DNA of 64,000 nt. Source: Octopus vulgaris. Taxonomy: Eukaryota. Where the stretch lies: NCBI GenBank assembly GCA_951406725.2, contig OX597823.1, positions 46,438,001 through 46,502,000 on the forward strand, given 5' to 3'. The notes beneath the pieces were generated by a model. It did not search any database, was not told the DNA's origin, and worked only from the letters and a program-made list of their open reading frames with translations. The number at the start of each line of letters is the position of its first letter. The stretch's first letter is position 1. Positions 27,835 to 41,196 of the stretch are shown here, piece after piece. The translations under genes were made by a program, and so were the position numbers.

Positions 27835-28969
27835 AAATAAATAACAATAGATGGATAATATGTCATTTCACTGCAGCTGTTTCCGACGAATTTTTAATGG
27901 ATAATGGAAACATATTCGTAGAAAAAGTCATTTTCATGAGGTGAATACATGAACCACATCATTCAAAAATATTCAAAAGCCAACGGGATGGGTATCTTCA
28001 CGATTCTACGACTTTTGCTGGTCCTACATTAGTGCAATGTGCGTCTCCTGATTAGCCTTAGGGCTATTGATATACCAAATCAGTTACAATTAATCGTATA
28101 CATAACCTGAACATCTTTCTGCCTCTACTTCAGTACCTGCATATATATTCCTCTATTTTTGTTGTGTATGCATTTTACTTTTCGATCCGGCTCAGTGCCT
28201 TACCATTTAAATGCCTGATACACTTGAATCCTGATCCACACACGTATGTATGTATGTATGTATGTATGTATGTATGTATGTATGTATGTATGTATGTATG
28301 TATGTATGTATGTATGTATGTATGTATGTATGTATGTATGTATGTACGTATGTATGAATAGATTGATGGATGGATGGATTCATACGTATATTTATGTACA
28401 TATCTTTGAAAATACCAGTTATTTTGAAAATTATCTACCGGAATTCTTTATTTTCTAAAGTATTTGCTTATTGAGATGGTGTAAAAGTTCACATAGGTAG
28501 CATTAAAGGTGCAATCTGAAGAAACATCTTTGAAAGCTGTATTCTTACATCTTGTACTTCGTGAGTTTTTTTTCTATTACTTTTCACTTCACGTGAAGAA
28601 GTAAACAATCTTAACTATGGAATAAAATAGAACACATTATTTAAGTTTTTTAATAAATCTAAATATGATTATTTGAAATAAACAAATAAATAAATAAACT
28701 ACAAGATTGTTAGAAGTTTTAAGAGGACCATAAAATACATAATATATTTTGAAATTGTTGTTTTCCTGTCTCGAGATGCTATGAAGTTCATATAAATTGA
28801 ATTGAAGGTGCAGTTGTAGGAGTAAACCATATCGATTGTTAAACACTTGTTATCTCTTGTATATTGAGAGTTGTCTATTATTTCTATCTTCATATCAGGT
28901 ATTAGCAATTCCTTTCTCCCAAATATTACCACTAATCTCATTTCTCTCTCTTTTCAATTTTCCCTACAA

Positions 28970-30450
28970 TTAACCGCGTGACTGCGTAACACTTTTGTCC
29001 TTAGCGTACTTTCATACACATTTTAAAAATAAAAGCAAGAAAACATGCATACTAACATAGATATGCAATAACAAAGAACATGCCTCCTGGAAACTACAGC
29101 CTTTGAAACCACAACAAATTAGGCATAACTTGGAATTCTTGGCACAAACATATCCCCACTTGCCGCATAACCTGTCTGTATTGCTGCTTCGGTCAAATGT
29201 GATCTTAGTAGTTTGTCTATGAACCAGGTGTCAAGTTCTTACTAAAGGTAACTGAAGACCTTGTAATGTGGCGTACGATGTAGACCCAGGCTGTTAAGAA
29301 AATCGATGGGGCAGTTCACAGTGATTCATGATCTACAAAAATGTTCACAGACTTGTAAACGAATTCATATCAGTGCAATTGTTGAGTAACTCGTTCAGTA
29401 ATCATCTCAGAAGTCCTATGGATTGGAGCAAATATTGACTTTTCATAGAGCCATTTATGATCAGGTTCAACAACAGATTGAATGCATTGTTTTCCCTCCA
29501 GATATTGATGTGGGAGTAAGAACTGAAGATGCAATTGTCACAGTCACTTTCCTGTTTCCTTGGTTCAACCACTAAATTTATCAGAAAGATTTTTCTTGCT
29601 CAGTCAGTTGCATCGAGAAAGAAAATTGGCCCCACCTTTTTGTTGTTGTTGTTCTGAACATGTTTATAAACTGTAATCGAGCCTGCACAACCTATCAGTA
29701 TCGTTGCTTCAGATGTGACACTAGTAGCTTGTATATCAATCATGTGCCAAGTACTTACCAAAGATAATCTTCTAATATCGCACAGGACGTGACTCCAGGC
29801 TGTTGAGAAAATCGATGAGTAGTTCACAATATCTTTGTGATCTAAAAATGTTCACGGACTTGTAAACAAGTTCATACCGATGCAATTTGTTGACTAATTC
29901 GTTCAGTTCTCATATCAAAAATCTTATGGATTGGAGCAAGTATTGATCATTCATCGAGCGATTTGAGTTTGTGGGAATTATCGTTAACATTGAGTCTCAA
30001 AATGCCGACATCATTACTGCTGTTCAATACTCTGTCAACACTGTAATGGCAGTAAGACCTGACATGGACAACTGGAAAGGAGACTGCGAAGCCATCACTA
30101 GCAGGAAGGGGCACAGCAGGTGTTATAGTTCCGTTTATCAATAGATAATGTCAATTCGCAAATATCAGCCATACACACGTCTCCCATTTTGACCAGGTAA
30201 AACCACAACTCGTTCTTCAAGCTTGAAAATCTTGCGGTAAACTCAGCAGTGTGTTAATATTTCCTTACGGCAAGTTCTCATGTTTGTTTACATTTCAAGC
30301 TTCTTTTTTAATATGCCTCTAAAAGTATGGCGATTTTCCATAGCTTCTGACTTAATCTAATTTCGTAATCTGATAAAAGTATCTCAGCCTGCTGTTATTC
30401 CACCGAAAAGAGCATTTGATATCCTTTAAATTGAATTTAAGGCAACTTTT
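28970..30450 (-). mobile_element. Decayed Helitron (PIF1-type helicase) fragments
   Basis: Minus-strand pieces IFFLDATD*ARKIFLINL (degenerate Walker A, cf. FFLDAPGGTGKTFLINL), ASS…GGKTMHS, HKWLYEKSIFAP, YKSVN…IDFLNSL, EAAIQTG…FVPRIP, FQRL*FP and LFGGIT; internal ~510-bp-period repeat. Confidence 0.8.
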
Positions 30451-30838
30451 ATAGAATATAGAGCACTCATACCAATTTTGCACACACAGAGACACGCACT
30501 TACACATACACGCACTTACACACAGACACGTGCGCATGTATACTCGCACTCGTGTATACAGCTTTCTCGACAATGTGCACCTACAGGCGAACAAACTCGG
30601 AAAAATTGTTTCATCTGTTTTTTACCTTTCTTACTACTAATTTTCCTTCGTCTTCTTTCATCTCTAACTCTGCCTTTCAGCTATCACTCATGTTCCCTAC
30701 AGAATCATCTATCTGTGATTATCTGTATGTCTGTCTGTCTCTCCATAGCGTTAGCATTAATTAACCCCAAATCACAGTCATAAAATTTTTCACACAGACT
30801 ATTATGATTATATATATATATATATATATATATACATC

Positions 30839-32079
30839 TTAGGTTGTCACACATGAAATATCGTATTTGAAAGATAACAATGTTTCAGAAGTGCTGAGAA
30901 CTGATTTATTTAATCAAAGTATGATCCATGTTCATTTACGACCTTTACCCAACGTTTTTCTAAGTCATATATTCCATCTTAAAAAAAAAAAAAAGAATTC
31001 ATCTTTTGCTGTGATAAACTGTCCGAATGCCTCAATTACCTGGCAATACGATGTTGCTGTTACCGTTTTTCCTAGTTGCAAAAATGAATAATGAATAATC
31101 CCCTTCGCAAACCACCCTAAAGTTACCACCAACTTTTTAGGGTGCAATGGTGGTTTAGGATAGTGTTCAGGTGGCTCTCCTGCATCTAATCACTGTCCTG
31201 TTCTCCTGCTGTTGTCAAAGAGTATCCATTTCTCATCACATGTAATGATTCGATGCAAAAATGGTTCTTTTTCCAACCGAGAAAGCAATGAGAAACACAC
31301 TTCGGGGCACCTATATTTTTTTTTAAATCTCGTTCAGTTGTGGAACAAACCTATCTATTTTGTTGACTTTTCCAATTTTTTTCAAGTGTTGAGCAACAGC
31401 TGTGCGGGATGTTTGGAGTTCTGATGAAAGTTACCGTTGTTTTCGGATTTTGTTCAACCAAAGGATTTAATCCATCATGCCAAGGAACTGATTTTGGCCT
31501 CCCTCTTGGTTCATTTTCGAGGCTATCATCTCCTGAACGAGATCTTTAGAACCATCTCTGAACAGTTCTGATGTCAACAAAACCATTACCAAAGTCCCGC
31601 TTAGTATTCCTATTTCTTTATTACCCACAAGGGGCTAAACATAGAGGGGACAAACAAGGACAGACATAGGTATTAAGTCGATTATATCGACCCCAGTTCG
31701 TAACTGGTACTTAATTTATCGACCCCGAAAGGATGAAAGGCAAAGTCGACCTCGGCGGAATTTGAACTCACAACGTAACGGCAGACGAAATACGGCTACG
31801 CATTTCGCCCGGCGTGCTAACGTTTCTGCCAGCTCGCCACCCTTTTAGTATTCCGTAGAGCTTCTGCGACAGAGTGACCCAGTTTGAACTCATACAAAAA
31901 ATCACTCAACATGTTTGCTTGTTAACATTTTCATAAGTTCTGTGGGTACGAATTTTACATACTAATATTGTTTGAAATGAAAAAGAGTCAAGATTAAATG
32001 CAAGGTATATGTAATTGAGTTTTTAAATGACTGAAATAATAAGTAATAAAAAATGCGACATTTCATGTGTGATAACCTA

Positions 32080-32081
<2 letters not shown>
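30839..32081 (-). mobile_element. Internally deleted mariner element with both TIRs
   Basis: TIRs ttaggttgtcacacatgaaat / atttcatgtgtgataacctaa; EPFLHRIITCDEKWILFDN, HPKKLVVTLGWFAKGIIHYSFL, EKRWVKVVNEHGSYFD*. Confidence 0.9.
31611..31844 (-). mobile_element. SINE family A nested in the mariner
   Basis: Full-length copy with 10-bp TSD ttagtattcc. Confidence 0.93.
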
Positions 32082-32110
<29 letters not shown>

Positions 32111-32246
32111 TGTATGTATGTATGTATGTATGTATGTATATTATTTGTGGGCTAAAAAAGCAACTGATGGTTTCGTATAAAAAGAGATTTATTTTCATGA
32201 AAGCATGGTTAATATTGTTAACACGCAAATAAAAAAAATTGTCCAC

Positions 32247-33028
32247 CTGAACGAATTAGTCAACAAATTGCATCGGTATGAACTTGTTTACAAGTCCGTG
32301 AACATTTTTAGATCACAAAGATATTGTGAACTACTCATCGATTTTCTCAACAGCCTGGAGTCACGTCCTGTGCGATATTAGAAGATTATCTTTGGTAAGT
32401 ACTTGGCACATGATTGATATACAAGCTACTAGTGTCACATCTGAAGCAACGATACTGATAGGTTGTGCAGGCTCGATTACAGTTTATAAACATGTTCAGA
32501 ACAACAACAACAAAAAGGTGGGGCCAATTTTCTTTCTCGATGCAACTGACTGAGCAAGAAAAATCTTTCTGATAAATTTAGTGGTTGAACCAAGGAAACA
32601 GGAAAGTGACTGTGACAATTGCATCTTCAGTTCTTACTCCCACATCAATATCTGGAGGGAAAACAATGCATTCAATCTGTTGTTGAACCTGATCATAAAT
32701 GGCTCTATGAAAAGTCAATATTTGCTCCAATCCATAGGACTTCTGAGATGATTACTGAACGAGTTACTCAACAATTGCACTGATATGAATTCGTTTACAA
32801 GTCTGTGAACATTTTTGTAGATCATGAATCACTGTGAACTGCCCCATCGATTTTCTTAACAGCCTGGGTCTACATCGTACGCCACATTACAAGGTCTTCA
32901 GTTACCTTTAGTAAGAACTTGACACCTGGTTCATAGACAAACTACTAAGATCACATTTGACCGAAGCAGCAATACAGACAGGTTATGCGGCAAGTGGGGA
33001 TATGTTTGTGCCAAGAATTCCAAGTTAT
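32247..33028 (+). repeat. 782-bp inverted copy of 29125-29906
   Basis: Both ends are exact reverse complements and arm lengths are equal; identical 75-aa ORFs at 29600-29827(-) and 32326-32553(+); flanked by TCCAC direct repeats. Confidence 0.95.
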
Positions 33029-33062
33029 TCCACACACACACATTATATATATATATATATAT

Positions 33063-33368
33063 AGGCATATACGTAGCTGTGTAGTAAAGAGCTTGCTTCC
33101 CAACCACGCGGTCCCAGTTTCAGTTCCACTGCGTGAGAGCATCGGCAGGCAGAGTGTTGGTTCTTTTCTCAACTGCACCCTACACATAATAATCCATGGG
33201 ATCACATTCGGTGAGAATTAGGAGGCCAGAAATTGGGGCTGCTCAAGTCATATAAATACTCTGGCAACCTCTTCTGATTTTTTCCGGGGGTATTGCAAGC
33301 ACCCACATCCTGATAACACCAAAGTCTTGTGAGAGAATTTGGTTGAAGGAAACTAAATATAGCAAGTA

Positions 33369-33370
<2 letters not shown>
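33063..33370 (+). mobile_element. Chimeric SINE B carrying a ~170-bp maT transposase fragment (33142-33312)
   Basis: SINE B head and 3' part are interrupted by sequence matching 34472-34639. Confidence 0.75.
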
Positions 33371-33438
<68 letters not shown>

Positions 33439-33582
33439 TGGATTCTTTTGTGAACGACAAGTGAGGGTTCAGGGAAATAAAGCGTTAATCATGTCCTATG
33501 GACATGAATGTGTCTCTTCAGGACTTTGATGCCTTGTAAACCTTTTGGCAAGTGGAACAAGCCGAGGACTCAGTTTGCTTGA

Positions 33583-33633
<51 letters not shown>

Positions 33634-34183
33634 CTAATATAAATATATCATATAATATCCACCATCATCAGGTTAAATCTTACTTTTAAACTTTTACCTT
33701 AAATGATGGATGGTACATTATGATGAAACCTTTTATGACTCCATTAAATAATAAAATTCCAATAAAAATATATATGCATGTGCGTTTAAATATATATGTA
33801 CATATATGTGAGTGTATAGATATATGTTTGCACGCAGATATTACTTGGAGTATGTATAGTGTAGAAAGTTCCGTAGTTATTTATACGAAAGCATTTAACT
33901 GTAGAGATTGACGACGGTTAAACCATCGTCAATGTGGAAGATTTAAAAAACCTCTCAATTTTTGTAACAGATTTGTTTCAGAACTGATTGTCTCCTAACT
34001 AAAGAATACTCTTTCGTTATCCTTCAGTTACACAGAGAACTAGTGAATTATTTTGCAATACATAGCAAGATATAGCATGGATTTCTTGATTTGCATGTAA
34101 TACATTAGTCAGTTATGTAACAAATTAAACAGTATGCGTGTGTGTGGTGTGGTGTGGTGTGGTGTGGTGTGGTGGTGGTGGTG

Positions 34184-34217
<34 letters not shown>

Positions 34218-34329
34218 GTGTTAAATTTGATAGTTTGCATAAAAACAAAATAGAACAAAATATCTCACTGAATAATAAATTATTTTAAAAAAAATTTTTG
34301 ATATCAACTAGATTATGGATAGGAGATAA

Positions 34330-34690
34330 CAGTTTACTTAAAGATGACACCCTCAGCATCTATCATGACCTCAAGATGACACCAGTAGCAGGTGTATGTG
34401 TTCCTCACTGTATCCCTGAGACTATCTTAGAACACCTCCTTTATCTTGGACACCAGTAACGTCTAGGCCTTGCAGGCAGAGTGTTGGTTCTTTTCTCAAC
34501 TGCACCCCACTCATAATAATCCATGGGATTACATTCCGTAGGATTTAGGAGGCCAGAAATTGGGACTAGTCAAGTCGTATAAATACTCTGGCAACATCTT
34601 CTGACTTTTTCCGGAGGCATTGCAAGGACCCAAATCCTGCTGCTGCACATATGGCCTTCCAACAGCAACCCTCTGCAGCCAGTGATTGGA
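34330..34690 (-). mobile_element. Tc1/mariner-superfamily transposase remnant, maT/DD37D-like
   Basis: GRPYVQQQDLGPC…SPNFWPP…CNPMDYYEWGAVEKRTN on the minus strand. Confidence 0.75.
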
Positions 34691-35110
34691 CGATTTCCGG
34701 CGTGCAGACGTAGTCAGAACACCTGCTGTGTCCCTTCCTGCTGGCAATGGCTTCCTAGTCTCCATTGCAGCTGTCCATGCCATGTCTTGCAGCCTTTACA
34801 GTTGTCATATGGCTTTGAGCCCTAACTTTTTCTCACGAACAACTTTAATCATTGGGCTTTCCAACGACAATGACAGTTCACCAACACATACATACATAAT
34901 ACATATATACACAATACATACACATATAGATACATACATACATACATACATACATACATACATACATACATACATACATACATACATACATACATACGTA
35001 TGTGTGTGTTTGTGTGTATGTGATACATATCTTCACTCAGCTGATCGAGTGCTTTTTTCTATTTGCTGAAACCTTTCCACGTCATGTATGTGTGTTTGTG
35101 TACACACACA

Positions 35111-35191
<81 letters not shown>

Positions 35192-35209
35192 AAAAGTTTC
35201 AAGAAAAAT

Positions 35210-35630
35210 TATAAAGCAAGTAAAAGTTTACCAGAGAAAGAAACCATAAGTATCTCGTATACGATTAATATACTGAGACATGTGAATGTGGCAAAAACTT
35301 CACAATGTGTACAGGGAAACAAATAAAGGAGACAAAACATACAGAAGATGTTTGAATTGAAAAAACATATTGATAAGCTCGCACAATTGTAAGGTGAGAA
35401 AATTATGTGGACAAACTACAGCTAATGTGTGTATGGAAAGAAAAACATGTTAACAAACGACACAGAAAATGTAAAAATGGAGAAAAAACCAAGTTTAAAA
35501 TAGGGATTGGACATAAATATTATGTGCACAAATAACAAATACGAGGTATGGTTAGGAAAACGTACTGTTGAACAAAAACCAACTTGTATTTGAATATGAA
35601 TAAAAGTTTACCGAAATACAAAGTTAAAGA
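35210..35630 (+). mobile_element. PLE linker/GIY-YIG region remnant
   Basis: PEKETISISYT, LISSHNCK and LLNKNQL resemble PLE C-terminal motifs; heavily decayed. Confidence 0.45.
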
Positions 35631-35707
35631 AGAAATATGTACTCTGAGATCCACATTAATTTCTGTATGTTGGTGATCAACCGTTCATTTCAAAGTTGTT
35701 AGAATTA

Positions 35708-36121
35708 GTATCTATTTCTTTACTACCTACAAGGGGCTAAATACAGAGAGGACAAACAAGCGGATTAAGTCGATTATATCGACCCCAGTGTGTAATTGGT
35801 ACTTAATTTATCGACCTCGAAAGGATGGATGAAAAGCAAAGTCGACCCCGGCGGAATTTGAACTCAGAACGTAACGGCAGATGAAATACGTATTTCTTTA
35901 TTACCCACAAGGGGCTAAACACATAAGGGACAAACAAGGACAGACATAGGTATTAAGTCGATTACATCGACCCCAGTGCGTAACTGGTTCTTAATTTATC
36001 GACCTCGAAAGGATGAAAAGCAAAGTCGACCTCGGCGGAATTTGAACTCAGAACGTAACGGCAAATGAAATACGGCTACGCATTTGGCCCGGCGTGCTAA
36101 CGTTTCTGCCAGCTCGCCTCC
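35708..36121 (-). mobile_element. SINE family A dimer
   Basis: Bracketed by 19-bp TSD ttcaaagttgttagaatta (35689-35707 / 36122-36140). Confidence 0.92.
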
Positions 36122-36588
36122 TTCAAAGTTGTTAGAATTATTACCAGGGTTATAATTAATCGATTCGTTCCATTATACTCCTTGATATACCCGTATGTAA
36201 ATATATATTTAAGTGCTCTGTTTCCGAACAAATTATATTTTTGAGAGCATAGAGAAGAGGCAAGCTGTTTTCGAAAAGATATATTGTGATTTTATTCTCT
36301 TTCGAAAATATTTCACTTCATTGACGCTATGAATGACATTTTATAAATGGAAGGAGATGACCTGGCGTGGTTGTTTGGACGCCGGCAACTAATCGCAGTT
36401 GACTTGATTGAACCAGTTTTGGTGATTTCTAGTACATTTTGGCACTAGAAGCAAACACACCAGACGCACGCATGCGCGCTGAGAAATATGCACAATTATT
36501 TAGATACACAGAAAGAAAGAAAGATAGACAGACAGATAAACAGACAGAAAGATAGATGAAAGAGATAGAAAGCAGTAACTATATCGAC

Positions 36589-36653
<65 letters not shown>

Positions 36654-38624
36654 TGGATAGTACAATTAGCAAATTAGCCAGTTAAAAAATCTGTATAAGA
36701 GATAAAGGCAGTAACTATGCCGACCAGTAATGTCTGTCACCACTTAATCATGGCTGTTCTGTAGAAACCTGCGAGAGATATCAGTAGTTCCCTCCAGCTC
36801 GCGATATATAGAAAATGACACACAGTTACTGATCTAGCATCAATCAAATTAACTAGTTAGCGGACGAGTATCCATTACCGAGGATGGTCATAAAGAGGTC
36901 GAATACGTACGTTATGATGGTCTCTCTCTTGCTTGCAATATAAATCGGGTACAGATTACATCGAATAACCAGTTGGAGGAAGCAGCCTCATGGATTAAAA
37001 TGGCAGTAACGTCGGTTCCTACAGAACAGCAATCGACATGATCATTTTCACAAGCCATCTTATACATAAAGTGAAGCAGAAAGTTAATTGAAGTTTAGAA
37101 TTCCATTAGTTTACTTTGTCTTATGAAAAATTGTCACCTAAAACATCAATGAAATTTTCACGGTGCTACAAGGTAGCGGGTAAAAAGGTTTATGATGTTG
37201 AATAAACAACAGGAAATATGCAGGGCCAACAATGGCTGTGCGAAAACGTCGCATAGTCTTTTATAAGGCTCAAACTTCACTCTTCTCTTTACCAAATCCC
37301 CTAAAATATACGACTTCGTGGTAAAAGAACGTCAGTGAAACTGTCTGGAAGTTAAAACTCTAATCATATAAAATTTGACAGTGCTTTTTTCCTCGCCGGT
37401 GTGGAGAAAATAGGTATAAGTAAAAAGAATATTACTTTCTTTATTGCCCATAAAGGGCCAACATAGAGGGGACAAAACAATAAAACATGTGGGATGTAAA
37501 ACATATAAAAGGTATAAGTAAAAAGAATAGTGTAGAGGCAGTCATCTATACCTCTTTACTTTCGAATATTGTACAAATGTAAGAAATAATCTTAAAAAAC
37601 GTGGTTTGGAAAGCAAATCTGAATATTAGCAATTGCTTCTAGAATTGGGCAAATAATGGCCTGTTGATGGAGAAACAGGCGTGGGAGAAAGGCAAAACGA
37701 GAAAAAGCAAGCAGTAAAAGAGAAGAGAGAAATTACATTAGGAAACGAAAAAGAAAAATGGATAAATGTTTTAAAAAAGAAAAAAAAAAAGGTCTTAGAT
37801 GATTGCACGGGCCAATAGACTCAACTGATACATTAGGAAAGAGAGAGATACAAAACTGAAAAGCAGCGAAATAAATGAAGGTTTAGACAGACAGACAGAC
37901 AGGTAAACAGACAGACAGTCGGGTAGATAGTTAGATAAGTAGGTAGGTAGGTAGGTAGACAAAAAGTTTGATCGACTGGTAGATAAACAGATTGACGCAC
38001 GGATGCCTAAACGCGTAAGATGGCGTAAAAACACATTCAATGAGGAAAACATTAGTTGATGGTTCATATTATTATTATTATTATTATTATGTTAATTATT
38101 TGAACATAGACGAGCACGTTTCGGACAATTTAAGTTCCTCACAGGAGCATTCGCTTCACTATATTTGGTGGGAAAATGATGAACGAATCAACAAATTAGT
38201 GTACAATATTGTACAACAATTGGCACAGAAAAATTGGCAGATTCTAGAGTTGTCGTGGGCAAACTGCGGGAATATCTAAATGGAACGCTTCCGAAAAATT
38301 ACCACCAATATATTTGGTTGTGCGGCCCACCTGATGCTGAGCTACGTCTTATGCGAGCCGCTTCCGGAAAAAGGGTGTCAATGCTTGTTTTGGGGTATAT
38401 ATTGATTATAGAAATTACTTAGAGACGCCCTCCCACGAAATAAATAAATAATAAATAAACACATTTAGTTACACTGTTGTTAACAAATTTGATGTAGCAA
38501 GTATTAAGATGGAACTAACCGAAAAATTACCACCAATGTATTTGGTTGTGCGGCCCACCTGATGCTGAGCTATGTCTTAGCACGCCGGGCGAAATCAATG
38601 CTTGTATTTGGGGTATATATTGAT

Positions 38625-38776
38625 TCAAATTCCGCCGAGGTCGACTTTGCTTTTCTCTTTTCGCGGTCGATAAATTAAGTACCAGTTACGCACCGGGGTC
38701 GATGTAATCGACTTAATCCGTTTGTCTGTTCTTGTTTGTCCCCATCTATGTTTAGCCCCTTGTGGATAATAAAGAA
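38625..38776 (+). mobile_element. SINE family A with scrambled 5' end
   Basis: Core and tail intact; head fragment displaced to 38577-38595. Confidence 0.85.
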
Positions 38777-39585
38777 AACAAATAATTAAGAAGCTACAAA
38801 AAAAAAAAAATTTTAGATGGGCCGATTTGCGGATACGCTTTTGTTTAAATAGATAGACATGTAAACATGTGTAGAAACAGGCAGGAAAGCAGACAAACAT
38901 GGAGATACACGGATAGAAATAAAAAATAAAATAACATAGACAAGTAATCAGAAAGATAATCCAGCAAAGATTTAGGTTGAACGTTAAGTAAAAAAAAGAT
39001 AGACTAACAAGAAGATATAGTCGAAGTCAAACACAGGCTATTTGGCTGAACAAACTGAGAAAATTTAATCGCACACACACTTACATATAGATAATGTGTG
39101 TATATAATATACGTGTGTGTGTGTGTGTGCATGTATGTGCATATGTATGTATTTACGTATACATGTGTGTATGTAGATAGATATATAGATAGATAGTTAA
39201 ATAGAAATGTAGTCGGTTGCTGGAGGAAGATGTTAGTGTACTAGCTTAGTTTGAAGTATGGTGGAGAAACTAGAAAATCAACAATGAAACTGACAAAATA
39301 ATTGATGGAGTTGATTACGAAGGGTTATTAGATCAAAGCAGAATCATACAGTTTCAGACTTTTGCTAGGTCCACCTCCAGACTTGATTCTAATCATTTTC
39401 TTTCTAAAAGCTAATGATGTGGACATAGACCACTCCAATATTCTTTGCTCCTTTTGCCTCTCAGTCGTCATTCAGACATTCTTCAAATTCTTTAATATTG
39501 TTCGCCTTTTAAAACTTTTACAGACGCATTCAACTCTTATTAATATAGTCTTCACAAGTCAAGGAGAGAGAAAGAAATAAAGCGT

Positions 39586-39621
<36 letters not shown>

Positions 39622-40055
39622 GAAAGAGAGGTGGGGAGAAGAGGCGGGAAGAATGAGAGGGAGAGAGAGAACGATAATGAACAATCAAAGACTTTACAGT
39701 AGAACAGAAGTTCAGGCTATCAGCTTTCATAATCAGCTCGTTGGAGAAATATATTTTCTCATCATTCATTATTTAGTCGAGTTCTTCAGTAGGGTCTTTC
39801 TGGCTCCGCACACCTCCTTCATTAACGTTTAGTAAATAGGATACATTGAAGACAAGAGTTGGAATATTGGCTGGATATCATCAAAATATAGCTTTGTGTT
39901 TTAGGTGTTCTTTAAAATATTGTAATGGAGTTATTATTCATTTGTTGTAGAATATTTTATATGATGTGGAGCGGTAAAAAAAAGTTTTCAGAAACTTGAA
40001 TGCTTGTGTAGCGTTGAAGCGTTATATAGATGGGGTCGGAAAAGGATGAAGGGCC

Positions 40056-40127
<72 letters not shown>

Positions 40128-40662
40128 CGCATAATATATATATGTAATGTAGGATAAAATGTTTTCTATAAAAAATTTTATCAATGGCCAGCATATTAAA
40201 AAATACCTTTAAAGGTTAAATTTATAAACAACTTATAAATAAGGGCAAACGAAAACATTTCTAATGCCAAACATGCCGAAATTAGACACATTGTCCATAA
40301 CCATTATGATTTTTTCACAATACGCACGCTACTCAAAAAAGGTCGACAGAAATTTCTAACAAATTCCATTATTACCACATCGGACCGATTTCAGGGTTAG
40401 TAAGTGATAAATGTGACAAAGAAATAAATGAGATACTTACTCGTACTCATGGAAGAAGCAAACACTAAGTCATGAGCACAATTAAGTACCCCAAATAAGT
40501 TGTATATATATATAGTAATGTGAGAAAACGTCGAGCAAAGAATAAACGATACTACTTGCAAATGGAGATAAACGATTAATAAACCGTGCCAGTCATGTGA
40601 TATCTTTTCATAATCAATTCACTTAATCAATTCTATTTGTTTTTATATTATTCGTCGTATTA

Positions 40663-40872
40663 TGGTGGCGAGCTGATAGAATCATTAGCACGGCGGGTAA
40701 AATACGTAGCAGTATTTCATCCGTCTTCACATGCTCTGTTCAAATTCTGCCGAGGCTGATTTTGCCTCTCATCCTTTCGGGGTCGATGAAATAAGTACCA
40801 GCTCAATACTGGGGTCAATGTAATTAGCTTACGCCCTCCCTAAAATTGCTGGCCTTGTGCCAAAATTTGTAA
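40663..40872 (+). mobile_element. SINE family A, older copy
   Basis: Family-A head and core. Confidence 0.85.
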
Positions 40873-41196
40873 CCAAATTGCATCAAAAGTATATCTAGTA
40901 AATCTCAACCTAAGTTCAACTATTCTCATTGACGACTGTTTCAATCTTACTACAATATTGTGTTTCTCCCTTGGGCTACCGTTGTGTGGACGCCGTAATT
41001 GAATGAAGCATGTCTTGGGAGATTTTGGTTTCGCGTAACTCATTTCTCTTTAGATCTAACCACTGACAATTTCTTCCGGCGAAACAATGAAGGATCAGTC
41101 CAGTCATTAATACGTTATTTATCGATCGAAAAGATCAAAGCCATATTGAGCTCGGCAGGATTTGAACTCACAGTGGAAGGAGTTAGAACAAATATT

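Noticed and set aside
28511-28550. CTGAAGA…GAAA hammerhead-like motif
   Set aside because: Stems I and II are too weak to support it.
29125-33028. A large-TIR transposon (Foldback/Polinton-like)
   Set aside because: No TSD outside the pair, the left arm is internal to a Helitron relic, and the direct repeat flanks only the right arm.
38112-38148. Minus-strand CTG-TGA…GAAA motif
   Set aside because: A core base is missing and there is no stem I complementarity.
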